Positions 11,431-22,179 of a DNA stretch of 64,000 nucleotides are shown one piece after another. This stretch comes from an uncultured Bdellovibrio sp. (GTDB lineage: Bacteria > Bdellovibrionota > Bdellovibrionia > Bdellovibrionales > Bdellovibrionaceae), in the NCBI GenBank assembly GCA_963932905.1, contig CAWVRN010000004.1, positions 144,384-208,383 of the forward strand, written 5' to 3'. Positions within the stretch are counted from its first letter, which is position 1. Each line of letters starts with the position of its first letter. Both the position numbers and the translations under genes were made by a program. The notes below the pieces were generated by a model. It searched no databases and had not been told where the DNA came from. It saw only the letters and a list, made by a program, of their open reading frames with translations.

Positions 11431-12186
11431 ATGAATTTATTTTCTGATTACATTCCACCGATGACTGTTGCGAAAGCGATTCGTTTGTCTTGGGCTAGTC
11501 TTGCTAACACATCCATATTAATCCGACTTATATTTCCCGTGATTCTTGCGCTTGTTTTTTGCGTGGGTATTTTAGTGTGGGGATGGCCGATTATCACTTC
11601 TGTTTTTGTTCCTTACTTACAAACTTTTTCTATTATACAGGCGGTGTTTAGTCAGCTGGATGCGTGGTTAGGGTTTTCCCTACTAAGCATTTTCGCGCTA
11701 CTCATTTTTACGATCCTAATTTTCACCCTCTCTTATTTTTTCTTAATCATTCTAACCTCTTTGCTGTTGGTCCCTCTACTAAACCCGGTTATAAGAAAAC
11801 TCTTTTTCCCTAATCTTGTTGAAAATTCGGAACTTACTTTTTTTGACAGCCTGAAAAACTCGGCAGTTTCTATCGCCATTTATTTTGGATTATTGATTCT
11901 GCTTTCTCCCGTATTTATTTTTGTGCCTTTGGGACAAATCCTAGTTCCTTATTTTCTAAATGCGTATTTGGCACGACGAGTTTTTCCGTATGATGTTTTA
12001 CAAAGCTATGCGACAGCTGCCGAATTTGAACGTTTTATGCTAAAAGAAAAACAGTCTCTATGGACATTAGCTCTGCTAACAGGTGGATATTTTTATGTGC
12101 CAATATTAAATGTATTGGCAGCACCGCTTGCCGCGTTAGCATTTGTTATTTTTTCGATGGGAAAGATCAGCGAATACCGCCGCTAA
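11431..12186 (+). CDS. EI24/CysZ-like membrane protein
   Basis: Multi-TM topology; YLARRVFPYD and VPILNVLAAP motifs. Confidence 0.7.
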   Translation: MNLFSDYIPPMTVAKAIRLSWASLANTSILIRLIFPVILALVFCVGILVWGWPIITSVFVPYLQTFSIIQAVFSQLDAWLGFSLLSIFALLIFTILIFTLSYFFLIILTSLLLVPLLNPVIRKLFFPNLVENSELTFFDSLKNSAVSIAIYFGLLILLSPVFIFVPLGQILVPYFLNAYLARRVFPYDVLQSYATAAEFERFMLKEKQSLWTLALLTGGYFYVPILNVLAAPLAALAFVIFSMGKISEYRR

Positions 12187-12189
12187 ACC

Positions 12190-14892
12190 CTAGGCAGCGT
12201 TCGGAATTTGCGCCATGTTCAACGGGATTTCAATTACAAATTTTGTATTGCGAGAACTTTCATCTAAATAGAAACGACCAAAGTGAGCTTCGATAATTCC
12301 TTTTGAAATACTTAAACCAAGTCCCGTTCCCTTGCCGACTTCTTTAGTAGTGAAGAAAGGCTGAAAGATTTTACTTTGAACTTCTTTAGAGATTCCTGTA
12401 CCACTATCCGTGATTGAAATAACCAGAGTGTTCTGAACGTTTTCAACGCTTAGCTCGACCCACTTTTCTTCTAGGTTCAAAACCGCATCATAGGAATTAT
12501 TCAACAAATTTAAAATCACTTGTGACAATTCTGTTTGGCGACAATATACATCGCCCGTGTAGTTCACATTCAACTTAAAATCGATATACGATTGCTGGAA
12601 ACGCTGTTGACAGAAGGAAAGTGTTTCCTCGACTAAGTCTTTAGCCGAAACGAATGCCATGGAATCCATGCTGGCATCGCGTGAAATTTTCCTTAGACCC
12701 TTGATAATTCTAGAAATACGATCGACGGTACTAATAATTTTCGTGGCGTCTTGAAGCGTTTTTTCCGTCATACTCTGTGGATTTTTGCCTTCCATGTAGG
12801 ACTGAATCTGGCGGGCCTTGCCGTAAATAATCGTCAGCGGATTATTTATTTCATGCGCGATACTGCTGGCCATCTCACCTAACGACGCCATTTTACTGGA
12901 TTCTGCGATTTTAGCTTCCTGCTCTTTGACTTTCATTTGTGCTTTCAAGAATTCATTATGCAATTGGCGCGCTAGCTGATGAGCTTTCTCGCCGGTTGTA
13001 TGGATATTAATGATAAACAGAGCAAACATAAGAACAGAGACTGAGCCAATTAAGCCAATCCATGTCGACAAGAAATCATTCGACCCTTCATAAGTGGTAC
13101 TTTGCGCCCAACGTACATAAAATGCACGACCTGCTAAATTAACTTCTGACTTAATGATCACACCGGCTGGATTGATTTTTTCATTTGAGTTGGCGTAAAT
13201 CATCGAAGCGTCGCTGTAACTAGGATCACTGTACATTTCAAAAATTAGCTGTTCATTAAACCGACTAAAGATAGAGCCTAAAAAATCACCTGCAAACAGT
13301 GGTGCATAAATCCAATGCGAGAAATTAGCCACGCGCTGTTCTTCAGTATCAGTTTTTGATCCCTTTTTATAAACTGGCAAAAATAGCAAGTAGCCGGCTT
13401 GATCGCCGTCGTTATGCAATAATTGTAGCATCGGTGAAATTTGAGCCTTTCCCGATCGCAATGCTTCCATCGCCGTATCTCGACGCAACTTTTCTGATCC
13501 CAAATCCAAGCCAAGAACGCGTTTGTTTTTCTTCAATGGTTCTATGTAAGTTATAACTAAGCTATCAGATTCATTTGGCCGTAATTGAACACCCTGTTTT
13601 GGACTAAAGGCCTTATATTTAAAATCAACATCAAAGTATTTTTGATACGCTTTGTAGTGAGCATCTAACTTAGTTTTGGGTACACGGAATATCACCCCTA
13701 TGCCATTAATTCCTGGTGAATGATCTTCAAGATTTAACGACGACACATATTCCTGCCATTCTTTTGGATCCACACTGTCAGAAGCTAAAAACAAACTACG
13801 TCCGCCGTTGATTACATCAATATATTCATTTAATCGCTCGACAATACGCAGTTCCATATCTTTGGTCACTGCCGCCATATTTTTTGAGTCAGTTTGTTGG
13901 TGAGATAACTGCAAGTTATAAAAAATAGTAGCCCAAAAAAACCAGCCACCGACAAGGACAATTAAAATACGTTTTTGAAATATATAATTCGCGATATCCG
14001 CTAGAATAAATACCGTTATAAAAATTCCCACGATAAAAACTTCTAAGTTTAATAAGTTTTGATTGAATGAAGATAAATTAAATGGACCTAGGCCGTTGAT
14101 CGTATAGAACAGAGCGATGACCGGAATCGAGGTGCCAAAAACATAAATAAAGAATCGATTCTTTGAAAGAGCAAACACTAACAAAATTGGCAAAATCAGC
14201 ATCAAATATTTTAAACTGTGCAAATCTGAAAGCAGAAACGAGATCACGCCTAAGGCGCAAATAGACATACCTAGTAACGCTATAAATTTGCGTGGATAGG
14301 ACTGAATCGATTTAACTAGTTCTAGAAAATCTCCATCGTGAATAGAAATTACTAAAGGTAATACCAATAATGCACCGACGATATCACCAATCCACCAAGT
14401 TAACCATGCATTCAGTACCAGATCACCACTAAGATTCCCAGATAAAAATAACGAACCAACACCGACCGTTGCACTTACTAGCGGTGCTAAAACAGAGGCG
14501 ATTCCAATAGAAATCGGAACAGTCAAATGTTCTAGCTGAGATTTATACCGGCGAATTTTTATTAACAAAAAGTAGCCAACCAAAGCTTCGGTCATATTGC
14601 CAATGGCAATAAATACGGAAGTTATGGGGGCGACCGGCGTAAGAAAATTGACTAACCAAGCACCCAGAAATATTCCAGGTAAAAATTTTCGACCGAAAAT
14701 AAACAAGGCGGCAATAGCCAACCCGGTTGGTGGCCACACGGGTGATACACTTGTGTTTAATGTCGCCAATTTCAAACTCTCGCAGGCAACGAAATAGTAG
14801 ACAATTCCCAATATGAAATTGCCTACCAACACAAACCAAAGTTTGCTTTTTAATTGTTTAAAAGAATTTGTTAGATGGCCGTACCAATTCAC
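12190..14892 (-). CDS. sensor histidine kinase (MASE1-CHASE-HisKA-HATPase)
   Basis: PVWPPTGLA and WWIGD (MASE1); YIEP...LGLD (CHASE); AHEINNPL, NLLNNS.DA, DSGTG, FFTTK, GTGLGL. Confidence 0.92.
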   Translation of the reverse strand: MNWYGHLTNSFKQLKSKLWFVLVGNFILGIVYYFVACESLKLATLNTSVSPVWPPTGLAIAALFIFGRKFLPGIFLGAWLVNFLTPVAPITSVFIAIGNMTEALVGYFLLIKIRRYKSQLEHLTVPISIGIASVLAPLVSATVGVGSLFLSGNLSGDLVLNAWLTWWIGDIVGALLVLPLVISIHDGDFLELVKSIQSYPRKFIALLGMSICALGVISFLLSDLHSLKYLMLILPILLVFALSKNRFFIYVFGTSIPVIALFYTINGLGPFNLSSFNQNLLNLEVFIVGIFITVFILADIANYIFQKRILIVLVGGWFFWATIFYNLQLSHQQTDSKNMAAVTKDMELRIVERLNEYIDVINGGRSLFLASDSVDPKEWQEYVSSLNLEDHSPGINGIGVIFRVPKTKLDAHYKAYQKYFDVDFKYKAFSPKQGVQLRPNESDSLVITYIEPLKKNKRVLGLDLGSEKLRRDTAMEALRSGKAQISPMLQLLHNDGDQAGYLLFLPVYKKGSKTDTEEQRVANFSHWIYAPLFAGDFLGSIFSRFNEQLIFEMYSDPSYSDASMIYANSNEKINPAGVIIKSEVNLAGRAFYVRWAQSTTYEGSNDFLSTWIGLIGSVSVLMFALFIINIHTTGEKAHQLARQLHNEFLKAQMKVKEQEAKIAESSKMASLGEMASSIAHEINNPLTIIYGKARQIQSYMEGKNPQSMTEKTLQDATKIISTVDRISRIIKGLRKISRDASMDSMAFVSAKDLVEETLSFCQQRFQQSYIDFKLNVNYTGDVYCRQTELSQVILNLLNNSYDAVLNLEEKWVELSVENVQNTLVISITDSGTGISKEVQSKIFQPFFTTKEVGKGTGLGLSISKGIIEAHFGRFYLDESSRNTKFVIEIPLNMAQIPNAA

Positions 14893-15271
14893 TCTATTTA
14901 TCTCCCCAACGAAGATATTGATTTATCGGGAGATTCATAAATTTAATTAGGTGGATTTCTAGTTCTGGACTGAAGTTCTATAGTGGTTATCTTTCCACGT
15001 CTGGACCACCCTGTGGATTTCTGTAAAAACGATCTGTTGCCCTCAAAAGCTGTCACTGAATTCCAAAAACTGGCAGAGTCTAGACACTGGTCGAGATTTA
15101 ATTCACATAATATCGTCGGTGTGGACTATGCTATCGGATCTAGCACGCTCAAAATTCTGTCGACCCAACTTCAAAAGTTCGAGTGCATCGAAATCAAAAT
15201 CAAATCACAAAGTTAGAATTCATTTGAATCTCATGGCTGCCTGTGGCAGACACAAGCCACAAGGAGTCTAT

Positions 15272-15643
15272 ATGTCGGTAATGAGTGAGTTTAAAGAGTT
15301 CGCCATGAAAGGTAACGTCCTAGATTTGGCTGTGGGTTTAATAATTGGTGCTGAGTTTGGAAAAATCGTCAATTCGCTAGTCAATGACGTGATCATGCCA
15401 CCAGTCGGTTTGCTTATCGGTGGAATCGATTTCAAAAATCTTTTTATTACATTGAAAGAAGGCTCAACTACTGCGGCTCCGTATGCAACGTTAGTAGATG
15501 CTCAAAAAGCCGGCGCCGTTACGATTAATGTGGGTTTATTCGTAACGTCTATTATCTCTTTTACTATCATTGCATTTGCAGTTTTCTTATTGGTTAAGTC
15601 GTTCAATAAAATTCGTCCCACACCACCGCCAGCAGCCCAATAG
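15272..15643 (+). CDS. mscL: large-conductance mechanosensitive channel
   Basis: [21 protein letters not shown]...IMPP. Start moved to ATG 15272 behind an AAGGAG RBS. Confidence 0.95.
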   Translation: MSVMSEFKEFAMKGNVLDLAVGLIIGAEFGKIVNSLVNDVIMPPVGLLIGGIDFKNLFITLKEGSTTAAPYATLVDAQKAGAVTINVGLFVTSIISFTIIAFAVFLLVKSFNKIRPTPPPAAQ

Positions 15644-15709
15644 GCATAAAGACAGCCCAATGTTTTCATTGGGCCTTGGGCAATTCTGAAACACTACTTG
15701 CGCGATTTG

Positions 15710-16675
15710 CTATTTTTCCTCTATACCAATTACGTCTAAATCTTTTTGACGAATGCGACTTACATCTACGGGAATTGATTTTAAAATAGCCTCAGACAAC
15801 GTTTCTATTAGGTTTTCTTTATAGTGCGCTCGCTGGTACACAAGTCCAATTTCGCGCGATGGAATCGGACGATCAAACGGAATAATCTGGGTGTCTGATC
15901 CGACTTCTTCCGATGCTAATTGCGGAATCAGTGTGTAGCCCCCATAGGAATTCACCAATCGTTTCAAGGTTTCCAAGCTGCCACTTTCAAATTCGAAATT
16001 TCTTTTAGTTGCTTTATTTGGTTTAAGTGCGCAGATATCCAAAACTTGGTTACGCAGACAGTGCCCTTCTTCCAATAACCAAACGTCCTCCATGTTAAGG
16101 TTTGCATATTTGACCTTTTTCATTTTAGTGAGCGAGTGCTCTTTATTACACAAAACTAAAAATGGTTCATAGTAGAGTGGAATTTCGATCACCTTTGGTA
16201 AATTTAATGGCGTTGCCAATATCCCGACATCGATTTCATCATTACTGAGCTGCTCGATGATTCGACTTGTTTGCAGTTCCAAGATTTTTAATTTTAATTC
16301 TGGATAGCTTTTTTCAAGTACCGGCAGCATCAAGGGCAAAAGATAGGGTGCAATCGTAGGAATCACTCCCACAATCAACTCGCCATTAACGGTATTGGAT
16401 TCACTTTGCGAAATGATACCTTCGATTTTTTTAGCTTCAAAAAGCACCGTCTGTATTTGCTCGATAATTTTTTTACCAACGTCAGTCAGTAAAATCGGCT
16501 TCTTAGAGCGATCAAAAATAATGACCCCAAGGTCCTCTTCAAGCTTTTGAACCTGCATGCTTAGTGTCGGCTGTGTGACGCTGCAAGCCTCAGCTGCTTT
16601 CGCAAAATGGCCATGCTTATACACCGCCCAAATATATTCCAGCTGAGTGATAGAAAAATTGATACGTGATTTCAT
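15710..16675 (-). CDS. oxyR: hydrogen peroxide-inducible LysR regulator
   Basis: LysR HTH; LEEGHCLRNQVLDIC redox cysteine pair; divergent from ahpC. Confidence 0.92.
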   Translation of the reverse strand: MKSRINFSITQLEYIWAVYKHGHFAKAAEACSVTQPTLSMQVQKLEEDLGVIIFDRSKKPILLTDVGKKIIEQIQTVLFEAKKIEGIISQSESNTVNGELIVGVIPTIAPYLLPLMLPVLEKSYPELKLKILELQTSRIIEQLSNDEIDVGILATPLNLPKVIEIPLYYEPFLVLCNKEHSLTKMKKVKYANLNMEDVWLLEEGHCLRNQVLDICALKPNKATKRNFEFESGSLETLKRLVNSYGGYTLIPQLASEEVGSDTQIIPFDRPIPSREIGLVYQRAHYKENLIETLSEAILKSIPVDVSRIRQKDLDVIGIEEK

Positions 16676-16711
16676 ATAGTTACCTCGCTCTATGCCTCAT
16701 AATACATCATA

Positions 16712-16726
16712 ATAGAGAAAATCTAT
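16712..16726. promoter_or_regulatory. OxyR-type operator element ATAG-N7-CTAT
   Basis: ATAG-AGAAAAT-CTAT in the oxyR/ahpC intergenic region. Confidence 0.6.
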
Positions 16727-16828
16727 TATATCAAAGAAATAATTGATTTTACCTTGGGCCTAAAAATCCGTAAAGTGAGTACATAAACAGAGTGGTTTTT
16801 TTAAGACCACCTATATGAAGGAGCAACT

Positions 16829-17395
16829 ATGCAAACATTGATTAACTCACGCGTAACTGATTTCAAAGTTCAAGCGTACCACAACGATAATTTCAAGACT
16901 GTGACTCAAGACGATTTACGTGGCAAATGGTCAGTATTCTTCTTTTACCCAGCAGACTTTACATTCGTATGCCCAACTGAGCTTGGTGATATGGCTGATA
17001 AATATTCTGAATTCCAAAAACTAGGTGTAGAAGTATACTCTGTCAGCACCGACACTCATTTCACTCACAAAGCTTGGCACGACACTTCAGACACAATCAA
17101 AAAAATCAAATACCCTATGTTAGCGGACCCAACTGGTCATCTATCACGTGCATTTGGTGTTCACATTGAATCTGAAGGCTTAGCTTACCGCGGAACTTTT
17201 TTGATCAATCCAGAAGGTCAAATCAAATTGGCTGAAGTGAACGACAACGGTATCGGTCGTAATGCTGACGAATTGCTAAGAAAAGTTCAAGCCGCTCAAT
17301 ACACAGCCAAGAATCCAGGTGAAGTGTGCCCAGCGAAATGGACTCCAGGCCAAAAAACATTGAAACCTGGCTTAGATCTAGTTGGTAAAATCTAG
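16829..17395 (+). CDS. ahpC: alkyl hydroperoxide reductase subunit C
   Basis: [12 protein letters not shown] and EVCPAKW motifs. Confidence 0.97.
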   Translation: MQTLINSRVTDFKVQAYHNDNFKTVTQDDLRGKWSVFFFYPADFTFVCPTELGDMADKYSEFQKLGVEVYSVSTDTHFTHKAWHDTSDTIKKIKYPMLADPTGHLSRAFGVHIESEGLAYRGTFLINPEGQIKLAEVNDNGIGRNADELLRKVQAAQYTAKNPGEVCPAKWTPGQKTLKPGLDLVGKI

Positions 17396-17433
17396 TTTTG
17401 TACATCGGTAGACGTCTTGACGTTTACCCATTG

Positions 17434-17463
17434 AGCGGGCGATGGAAACGTCGCTCGCTTTAT
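17434..17463 (+). terminator. hairpin downstream of ahpC (terminator or mRNA-stabilising stem)
   Basis: AGCGGGCGATG-GAAA-CGTCGCTCGCT followed by a short T run. Confidence 0.55.
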
Positions 17464-17608
17464 CCCTCCGAAAGAGTTTAAAGAAGGGAAAATTATTTGA
17501 AATTCTCGCGCGCACGAGAATTTGAATTAAGAATCTCTAATAACAGACTGAAAAAAACTTCACTATACTACCCGTGTATATTTTGAATTCCATTGAATAG
17601 GAGCGTTT

Positions 17609-19177
17609 ATGATTGATCAAGACATGAAAGAACAACTAAAAACCGTGTTTGAAAAACTAGAAGGTAACGTTGAATTGGCTGTTGATTTGAGCCAACACGC
17701 AGATCAAGCCGAACTTTTAGACTTACTAGAAGGTGTCGCTAGCACCAGTGATAAAATCACGGTCACTAAAAATTTGAATCCAGGTATGCAGTCTTTGATA
17801 CCCCGTTTTAAAGTACGTCACAATGGCAAGCCCACTGGAATTACATTCTCGGGAATACCAAGTGGTCATGAATTTACTTCTCTTATCCTTGCGGTACTAA
17901 ATGCGGATCACAAAGGTAAAATGCCAGACCCTATACTAGCAGACAGAATCAAACGACTAAAAGGTCCGATCAAGCTGCGTACATTTATTTCCTTAACATG
18001 TGAAAACTGTCCTGACGTAGTTCAAGCACTTAACCAAATGGCAATTTTAAATCCCAATATCGAGCACGAAATGATCGATGGCGGTTACGCAGAAGACGAT
18101 GTTAAACGATTAAACATCCAAGGCGTACCTAGTGTTGTTAGTGCTGATGAACTGATTCACTCTGGTCGTATTAGTTTCCTAGATTTGTTAGTGAAGTTAG
18201 AAAATGAATTTGGATCTAATGATGCTCCTGTCGATCAAAAACCTCGCGATCTAGGTGATTTTGACGTGGTCGTTGTTGGTGGTGGCCCAGCCGGCGTATC
18301 AGCGGCTATTTATGCCGTACGTAAAGGGTTAAAAACGGCATTGATCACGGAAAAAATTGGCGGCCAAGTACAAGAAACTCGCGGCATTGAAAATCTAATC
18401 TCTGTAACCTACACAGAAGGTCCACAATTAGCGGGACAGTTAGCACAGCATTTGGCGGCGTATCCAGTACAACTGCTGGAACATCGCCGCGTGAAAACGG
18501 TTCATAAAGACGGTTCGCCAAAACTGGTAGAACTAGAATCGAATGAAACTTTGCGGACCAAAGCATTGATTGTTGCGACGGGAGCCAAATGGCGCGAGCT
18601 GGGCGTTCCGGGCGAAAAGGAATACATTGGCCGCGGCGTTGCTTTTTGCCCGCACTGTGATGGTCCATTCTACAAAGGTAAAAAAGTCGCGGTAGTCGGT
18701 GGCGGTAATTCCGGAGTTGAAGCCGCGATTGATTTAGCAGGTATCGTGCGCGAAGTAGTCTTGATCGAGTACAATGAATCTTTGAAAGCCGATCAGATTT
18801 TGGTTAATAAACTAAAAACGCTTTCTAACGTAACTATATTAACCAATGCTAAGACAAAACAAATTCTTGGCGATGGACAAAAAGTGAATGCGTTAGAGTT
18901 TGAAGATCGTGCTTCGAAAGAACTTAAAAAAGTGGAACTGGATGGCGTGTTCGTTCAAATTGGATTGCTACCAAATAGTCAATTCTTGAAAGACGTTGTT
19001 GAGCTGACTCCGTATGGCGAGATTGTCGTCGACAACAAGGGCCGCACGTCCACTAAAGGTATTTACGCAGCTGGTGACGTAACAACAACTCCCTATAAAC
19101 AAATTATCATCGCCATGGGCGAAGGGGCTAAGGCCGGCCTGGCCGCGTTCGAAGATACGATGTTACACCACGCTTAA
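17609..19177 (+). CDS. ahpF: alkyl hydroperoxide reductase subunit F
   Basis: GHEFTSL, CENCPD, GGGPAG, CPHCDG, GGGNSG. Confidence 0.97.
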   Translation: MIDQDMKEQLKTVFEKLEGNVELAVDLSQHADQAELLDLLEGVASTSDKITVTKNLNPGMQSLIPRFKVRHNGKPTGITFSGIPSGHEFTSLILAVLNADHKGKMPDPILADRIKRLKGPIKLRTFISLTCENCPDVVQALNQMAILNPNIEHEMIDGGYAEDDVKRLNIQGVPSVVSADELIHSGRISFLDLLVKLENEFGSNDAPVDQKPRDLGDFDVVVVGGGPAGVSAAIYAVRKGLKTALITEKIGGQVQETRGIENLISVTYTEGPQLAGQLAQHLAAYPVQLLEHRRVKTVHKDGSPKLVELESNETLRTKALIVATGAKWRELGVPGEKEYIGRGVAFCPHCDGPFYKGKKVAVVGGGNSGVEAAIDLAGIVREVVLIEYNESLKADQILVNKLKTLSNVTILTNAKTKQILGDGQKVNALEFEDRASKELKKVELDGVFVQIGLLPNSQFLKDVVELTPYGEIVVDNKGRTSTKGIYAAGDVTTTPYKQIIIAMGEGAKAGLAAFEDTMLHHA

Positions 19178-20283
19178 TTGGAATAAAATTTCTGACACGA
19201 ATTTAAAGGCTTCCTCGCTGGGGAAGCCTTTATTAGTGGTAAATAACGGTCAACAGATAAACCCGATTCTTTTAACCAAGATTCAAAAAATACGTCTCGC
19301 TGATAAGAACCTAAAAGTTCAGGAACTTTTTTTTTGAACGGAATAAATCCAGGCTGAACCTTGATCCAAGCAATTCTAGATTCAATCATCTCGGCGTGCA
19401 GAATAAATTCCGAGAAACTTCGCACCGCACGAACAGCACGTCGTTCAAACGGCACATCGATTTCTGCAAATTGAGGCTTCTCCTGGGTGCCTGTCAAACT
19501 CACCAATTTGCGAAACGTTAGATCTTGATTACGTTTGGGATTGAACTGCGGATTTAAAAAATAAGAATGCAATCGATCTACAATGACGTTTGCCAGCTGA
19601 CTAAATGACTTTATAGATCCTGTTTCTATTAAAATTTGAATATCTTTTATACGAGTCATTAAATCAATTCGGCTGAGCGCTAAAGGCGGTGACGTATTCC
19701 AATTGCTTCTGAATACGCCCGAAGACAACTCAGGATGATTGGCATTGTCGACAAAGTAGTTAAACAAGGATCTTAAATCATAACCAAACGCGGAACGCGC
19801 TCCCGTGTTCATGTGGGTCGCGCGACTAGGACGGCTCTCTAAACCAGCCTCACGAGCCGATCCAAAAATAAGCTCTTCTTTCAAATCCTGATGAGTGTAT
19901 AGTTCTTGAATGGTTGATGGTTTGGTTTGAATTTCTACGCACAAAGGGTCATAGCTGATTTGAAACCACCAGCCATCATGCAGTTGAACAAAAAATTCTT
20001 TGCCCCACTTGCCGTTCACTTGAGTCACTTTACATCCAAGAGCACGGCATTTTTTAGCAACAGCTTCGGCCATCTTAACAGCCGCAGGAAATTCACTTCC
20101 GCGCAACCCACCGACTTTACTTTTTGAATCCGCAGCATAAATTTGATCGCTAGTGAATTCGATTTCACCGCCATGGGTGATCCCTGATTCGACAAGAATT
20201 TGTGCGTTGGAAATAGAAAGGAAAAATAGCAGCCACAGGATACGCATAAGGCGACGAGTATAGCATGACGAAAATACCATCAA
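19174..20283 (-). CDS. secreted hypothetical protein, possibly amidoligase/GCS-fold
   Basis: Long ORF; signal peptide from the internal Met (MRILWLLFF); GGEIEF, EIQTKP, THMN and ERRA motifs. Confidence 0.55.
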   Translation of the reverse strand: MMVFSSCYTRRLMRILWLLFFLSISNAQILVESGITHGGEIEFTSDQIYAADSKSKVGGLRGSEFPAAVKMAEAVAKKCRALGCKVTQVNGKWGKEFFVQLHDGWWFQISYDPLCVEIQTKPSTIQELYTHQDLKEELIFGSAREAGLESRPSRATHMNTGARSAFGYDLRSLFNYFVDNANHPELSSGVFRSNWNTSPPLALSRIDLMTRIKDIQILIETGSIKSFSQLANVIVDRLHSYFLNPQFNPKRNQDLTFRKLVSLTGTQEKPQFAEIDVPFERRAVRAVRSFSEFILHAEMIESRIAWIKVQPGFIPFKKKVPELLGSYQRDVFFESWLKESGLSVDRYLPLIKASPARKPLNSCQKFYSN

Positions 20284-20321
20284 AACTGTAGACTTTTAAA
20301 CAGATAGCCGTTTTTGGGAAC

Positions 20322-20386
20322 TGACCTGCTCCCTTTCATGAGCCAGACTATCTTATTTTCTGGCTCGAGTTAAGGGGAGTAGGTCA
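20322..20386. mobile_element. 65-bp mini element made of two abutted IS3-family-like ends
   Basis: TGACCTGCTCCCTTTCATGAGCCAGA ... TCTGGCTCGAGTTAAGGGGAGTAGGTCA; TG...CA termini with imperfect inverted arms. Confidence 0.55.
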
Positions 20387-20393
20387 AGGCCAG

Positions 20394-20816
20394 ATCATAG
20401 ATTTGAACTGGCAGCAGGTAAATTTGGAGTCTAAAGAAGTTTCATTTCTAAGAACTTTAAAATCACAATCTCGAAAAATGAGAATATCTGACGAGTTAGT
20501 TCTAATATTAGAAAAGAGAAAAAAGACCAATGGATACGTCTTCATGACTTATTACAAAGAACCATTTACTAAGCCTAAACTAGCTCGATTGGTAAACGAA
20601 TTCAAAATCAAAACGCGTTGTGAAATCCAGTGGACTCTCATGGATCTAAGGCATTCCTTTGCTGTTAATTATCTTCGATCTGGAGGAGATATTAGAAAAC
20701 TTCAGTACTCACTAGGGCATGAAAATATATACGATACCAAGCGACTTTATTCTGAAGCGATCATCAAAGCTGATTCGAAAACAGTCGAATTAAGCCCATT
20801 TGAAATCGGATCTTAA
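20394..20816 (+). pseudogene. tyrosine recombinase, C-terminal fragment (copy 1)
   Basis: IIDLNWQQVNL...MDLRHSFAVNYLRSGGDIRKLQYSLGHENIYDTKRLY; no N-terminal binding domain; begins right after the mini-IS. Confidence 0.85.
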
Positions 20817-20920
20817 ATCGTACAATTTGCAGTGCAGGGATCACGGGCGGCCCAGGATCCGGGCCCCCATTTTTCGGGTTTAGTCGAGAATTTTGGTAAT
20901 CTTTTGGCCAAAGTTTGGCC
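20817..20920. repeat. conserved GC-rich non-coding block after the recombinase (copy 1)
   Basis: Near-identical to 24288-24391; contains GGATCACGGGCGGCCCAGGATCC and TTTTGGCCAAAGTTTGGCC. Confidence 0.85.
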
Positions 20921-20964
20921 ACGAATTTAAACAAAGTGTTTGTTTGGAAAATGCGACGCTTCGC

Positions 20965-21192
20965 TCAGCGCACTATTGGCCCTGAGGGAGAGCTTCCATT
21001 TCGCAAAAAAAAGTAAATCGAAATTGCCCCAAGAAGAACACTTGAAATTCCAAAAGCAATCCATTCCCTATTCCAAATGGACCAAAGTAAAATAATACTT
21101 ACAATAAATGAAAGGAATGAAAGAATATTTTCAATCCTTTTACGCTTTGGATTCTTGCTTTCTTCAATCGGTTTCTCCGGAACAATCTTCAT
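20965..21192 (-). CDS. putative immunity protein (2 TM) for Rhs tip A
   Basis: Small hydrophobic ORF 10 bp downstream of the Rhs-CT, with a GGTGG RBS. Confidence 0.65.
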   Translation of the reverse strand: MKIVPEKPIEESKNPKRKRIENILSFLSFIVSIILLWSIWNREWIAFGISSVLLGAISIYFFLRNGSSPSGPIVR

Positions 21193-21201
21193 ATCACCAC
21201 C

Positions 21202-21578
21202 TTATGGAATAGGAGCCATGTACAAACGTTTACATACGTAACCCATAGCTCTATAAGCAGCTACCTCAGCTGCCTTAGATACCGCAATATTAATTACAGC
21301 AATCTCCGCTTCTGTTTTTGCATCTTTTCCACACATGCCAGGTTCAAGCCCACGCGACTCCCGTTGACTTCGATCAGACTCCGCATATGCTTCTGCAGCA
21401 GCACCTCTACCTACACCTGGTGTAGCTATAGAACATAAAAAACCTGATACAGGACCGGTGCCTTCAGCATCTATAAAGTTTATCGGATCCTGCAACACAT
21501 ATCCATACAAATTCGTATCCCCACCCTCAAACAAAATCGGATCTTTACTCGTCCATCTCCCCGTCTCAGGATCATAAT
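21202..21578 (-). pseudogene. orphan Rhs core end + C-terminal toxin tip (cassette A)
   Basis: [39 protein letters not shown] followed by a unique tip ending CKRLYMAPIP. ORF-track codons upstream of 21578 are not Rhs-like. Confidence 0.85.
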
Positions 21579-21961
21579 GTCTGTATGAAGTATTGAAGCA
21601 AAATGCTTCACTTGAATGTTTCATAGTTATTTCAATATCTTCTCACTTAGATTCTGTTTTTTACAACCGCCAAATTTTTTGCATTTTGGGAATATTTTTT
21701 TAGTTTTGGCCAAAATCTGGCCAACGAAATTCGAATCCCGGTGCGCAATACTCTCAAATCTGCAGTTTTACCTATATCAATTTAGTGATCTTGGTATTCT
21801 ATGGTGATTGATACTTAAAATAATTTCTCTGTATAAAGTGGGGGCTATGTCTGACTATTAACTTTCCAAAGTGCCATTTTTAGGCTATATTGGTGCGCTA
21901 TAAGCCAATATATTGCTTTACGTTGGGTATAGCAGTTGCAATTTAAGTTTTTGGAGATTTT

Positions 21962-22171
21962 ATGACTTCACAACATGAAGAAAAAAATAAGCGTCTTGAA
22001 ATCCTTAAGCAAGAAGAGAAAATTATTTCTGAGCTGAATGACACTTCAGAACTAAGTGAACGACTTAATAAGATTAAAGAAAGTCATAACCGCAAATATT
22101 CAATTAATGACGAAGTTCAAGAAGAACCTGTTAGAAAAATTGCTATACCAGAAAACGATAATTCAATTTAA
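21962..22171 (+). CDS. small charged protein, candidate antitoxin/partner of the PIN gene
   Basis: GGAG RBS, 69 aa, ends 8 bp upstream of the PIN-domain gene. Confidence 0.5.
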   Translation: MTSQHEEKNKRLEILKQEEKIISELNDTSELSERLNKIKESHNRKYSINDEVQEEPVRKIAIPENDNSI

Positions 22172-22179
22172 GATTAACC

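Noticed and set aside
15119..15271. N-terminal extensions in the ORF track for mscL (also 34317-34460 and 37434-37523)
   Set aside because: Better RBS-supported starts lie downstream and the extensions do not look like family sequence.
17500..17523. Inverted repeat AAATTCTCG-N6-CGAGAATTT between ahpC and ahpF
   Set aside because: Single copy and most simply an mRNA processing or stability stem; nothing supports a further role.
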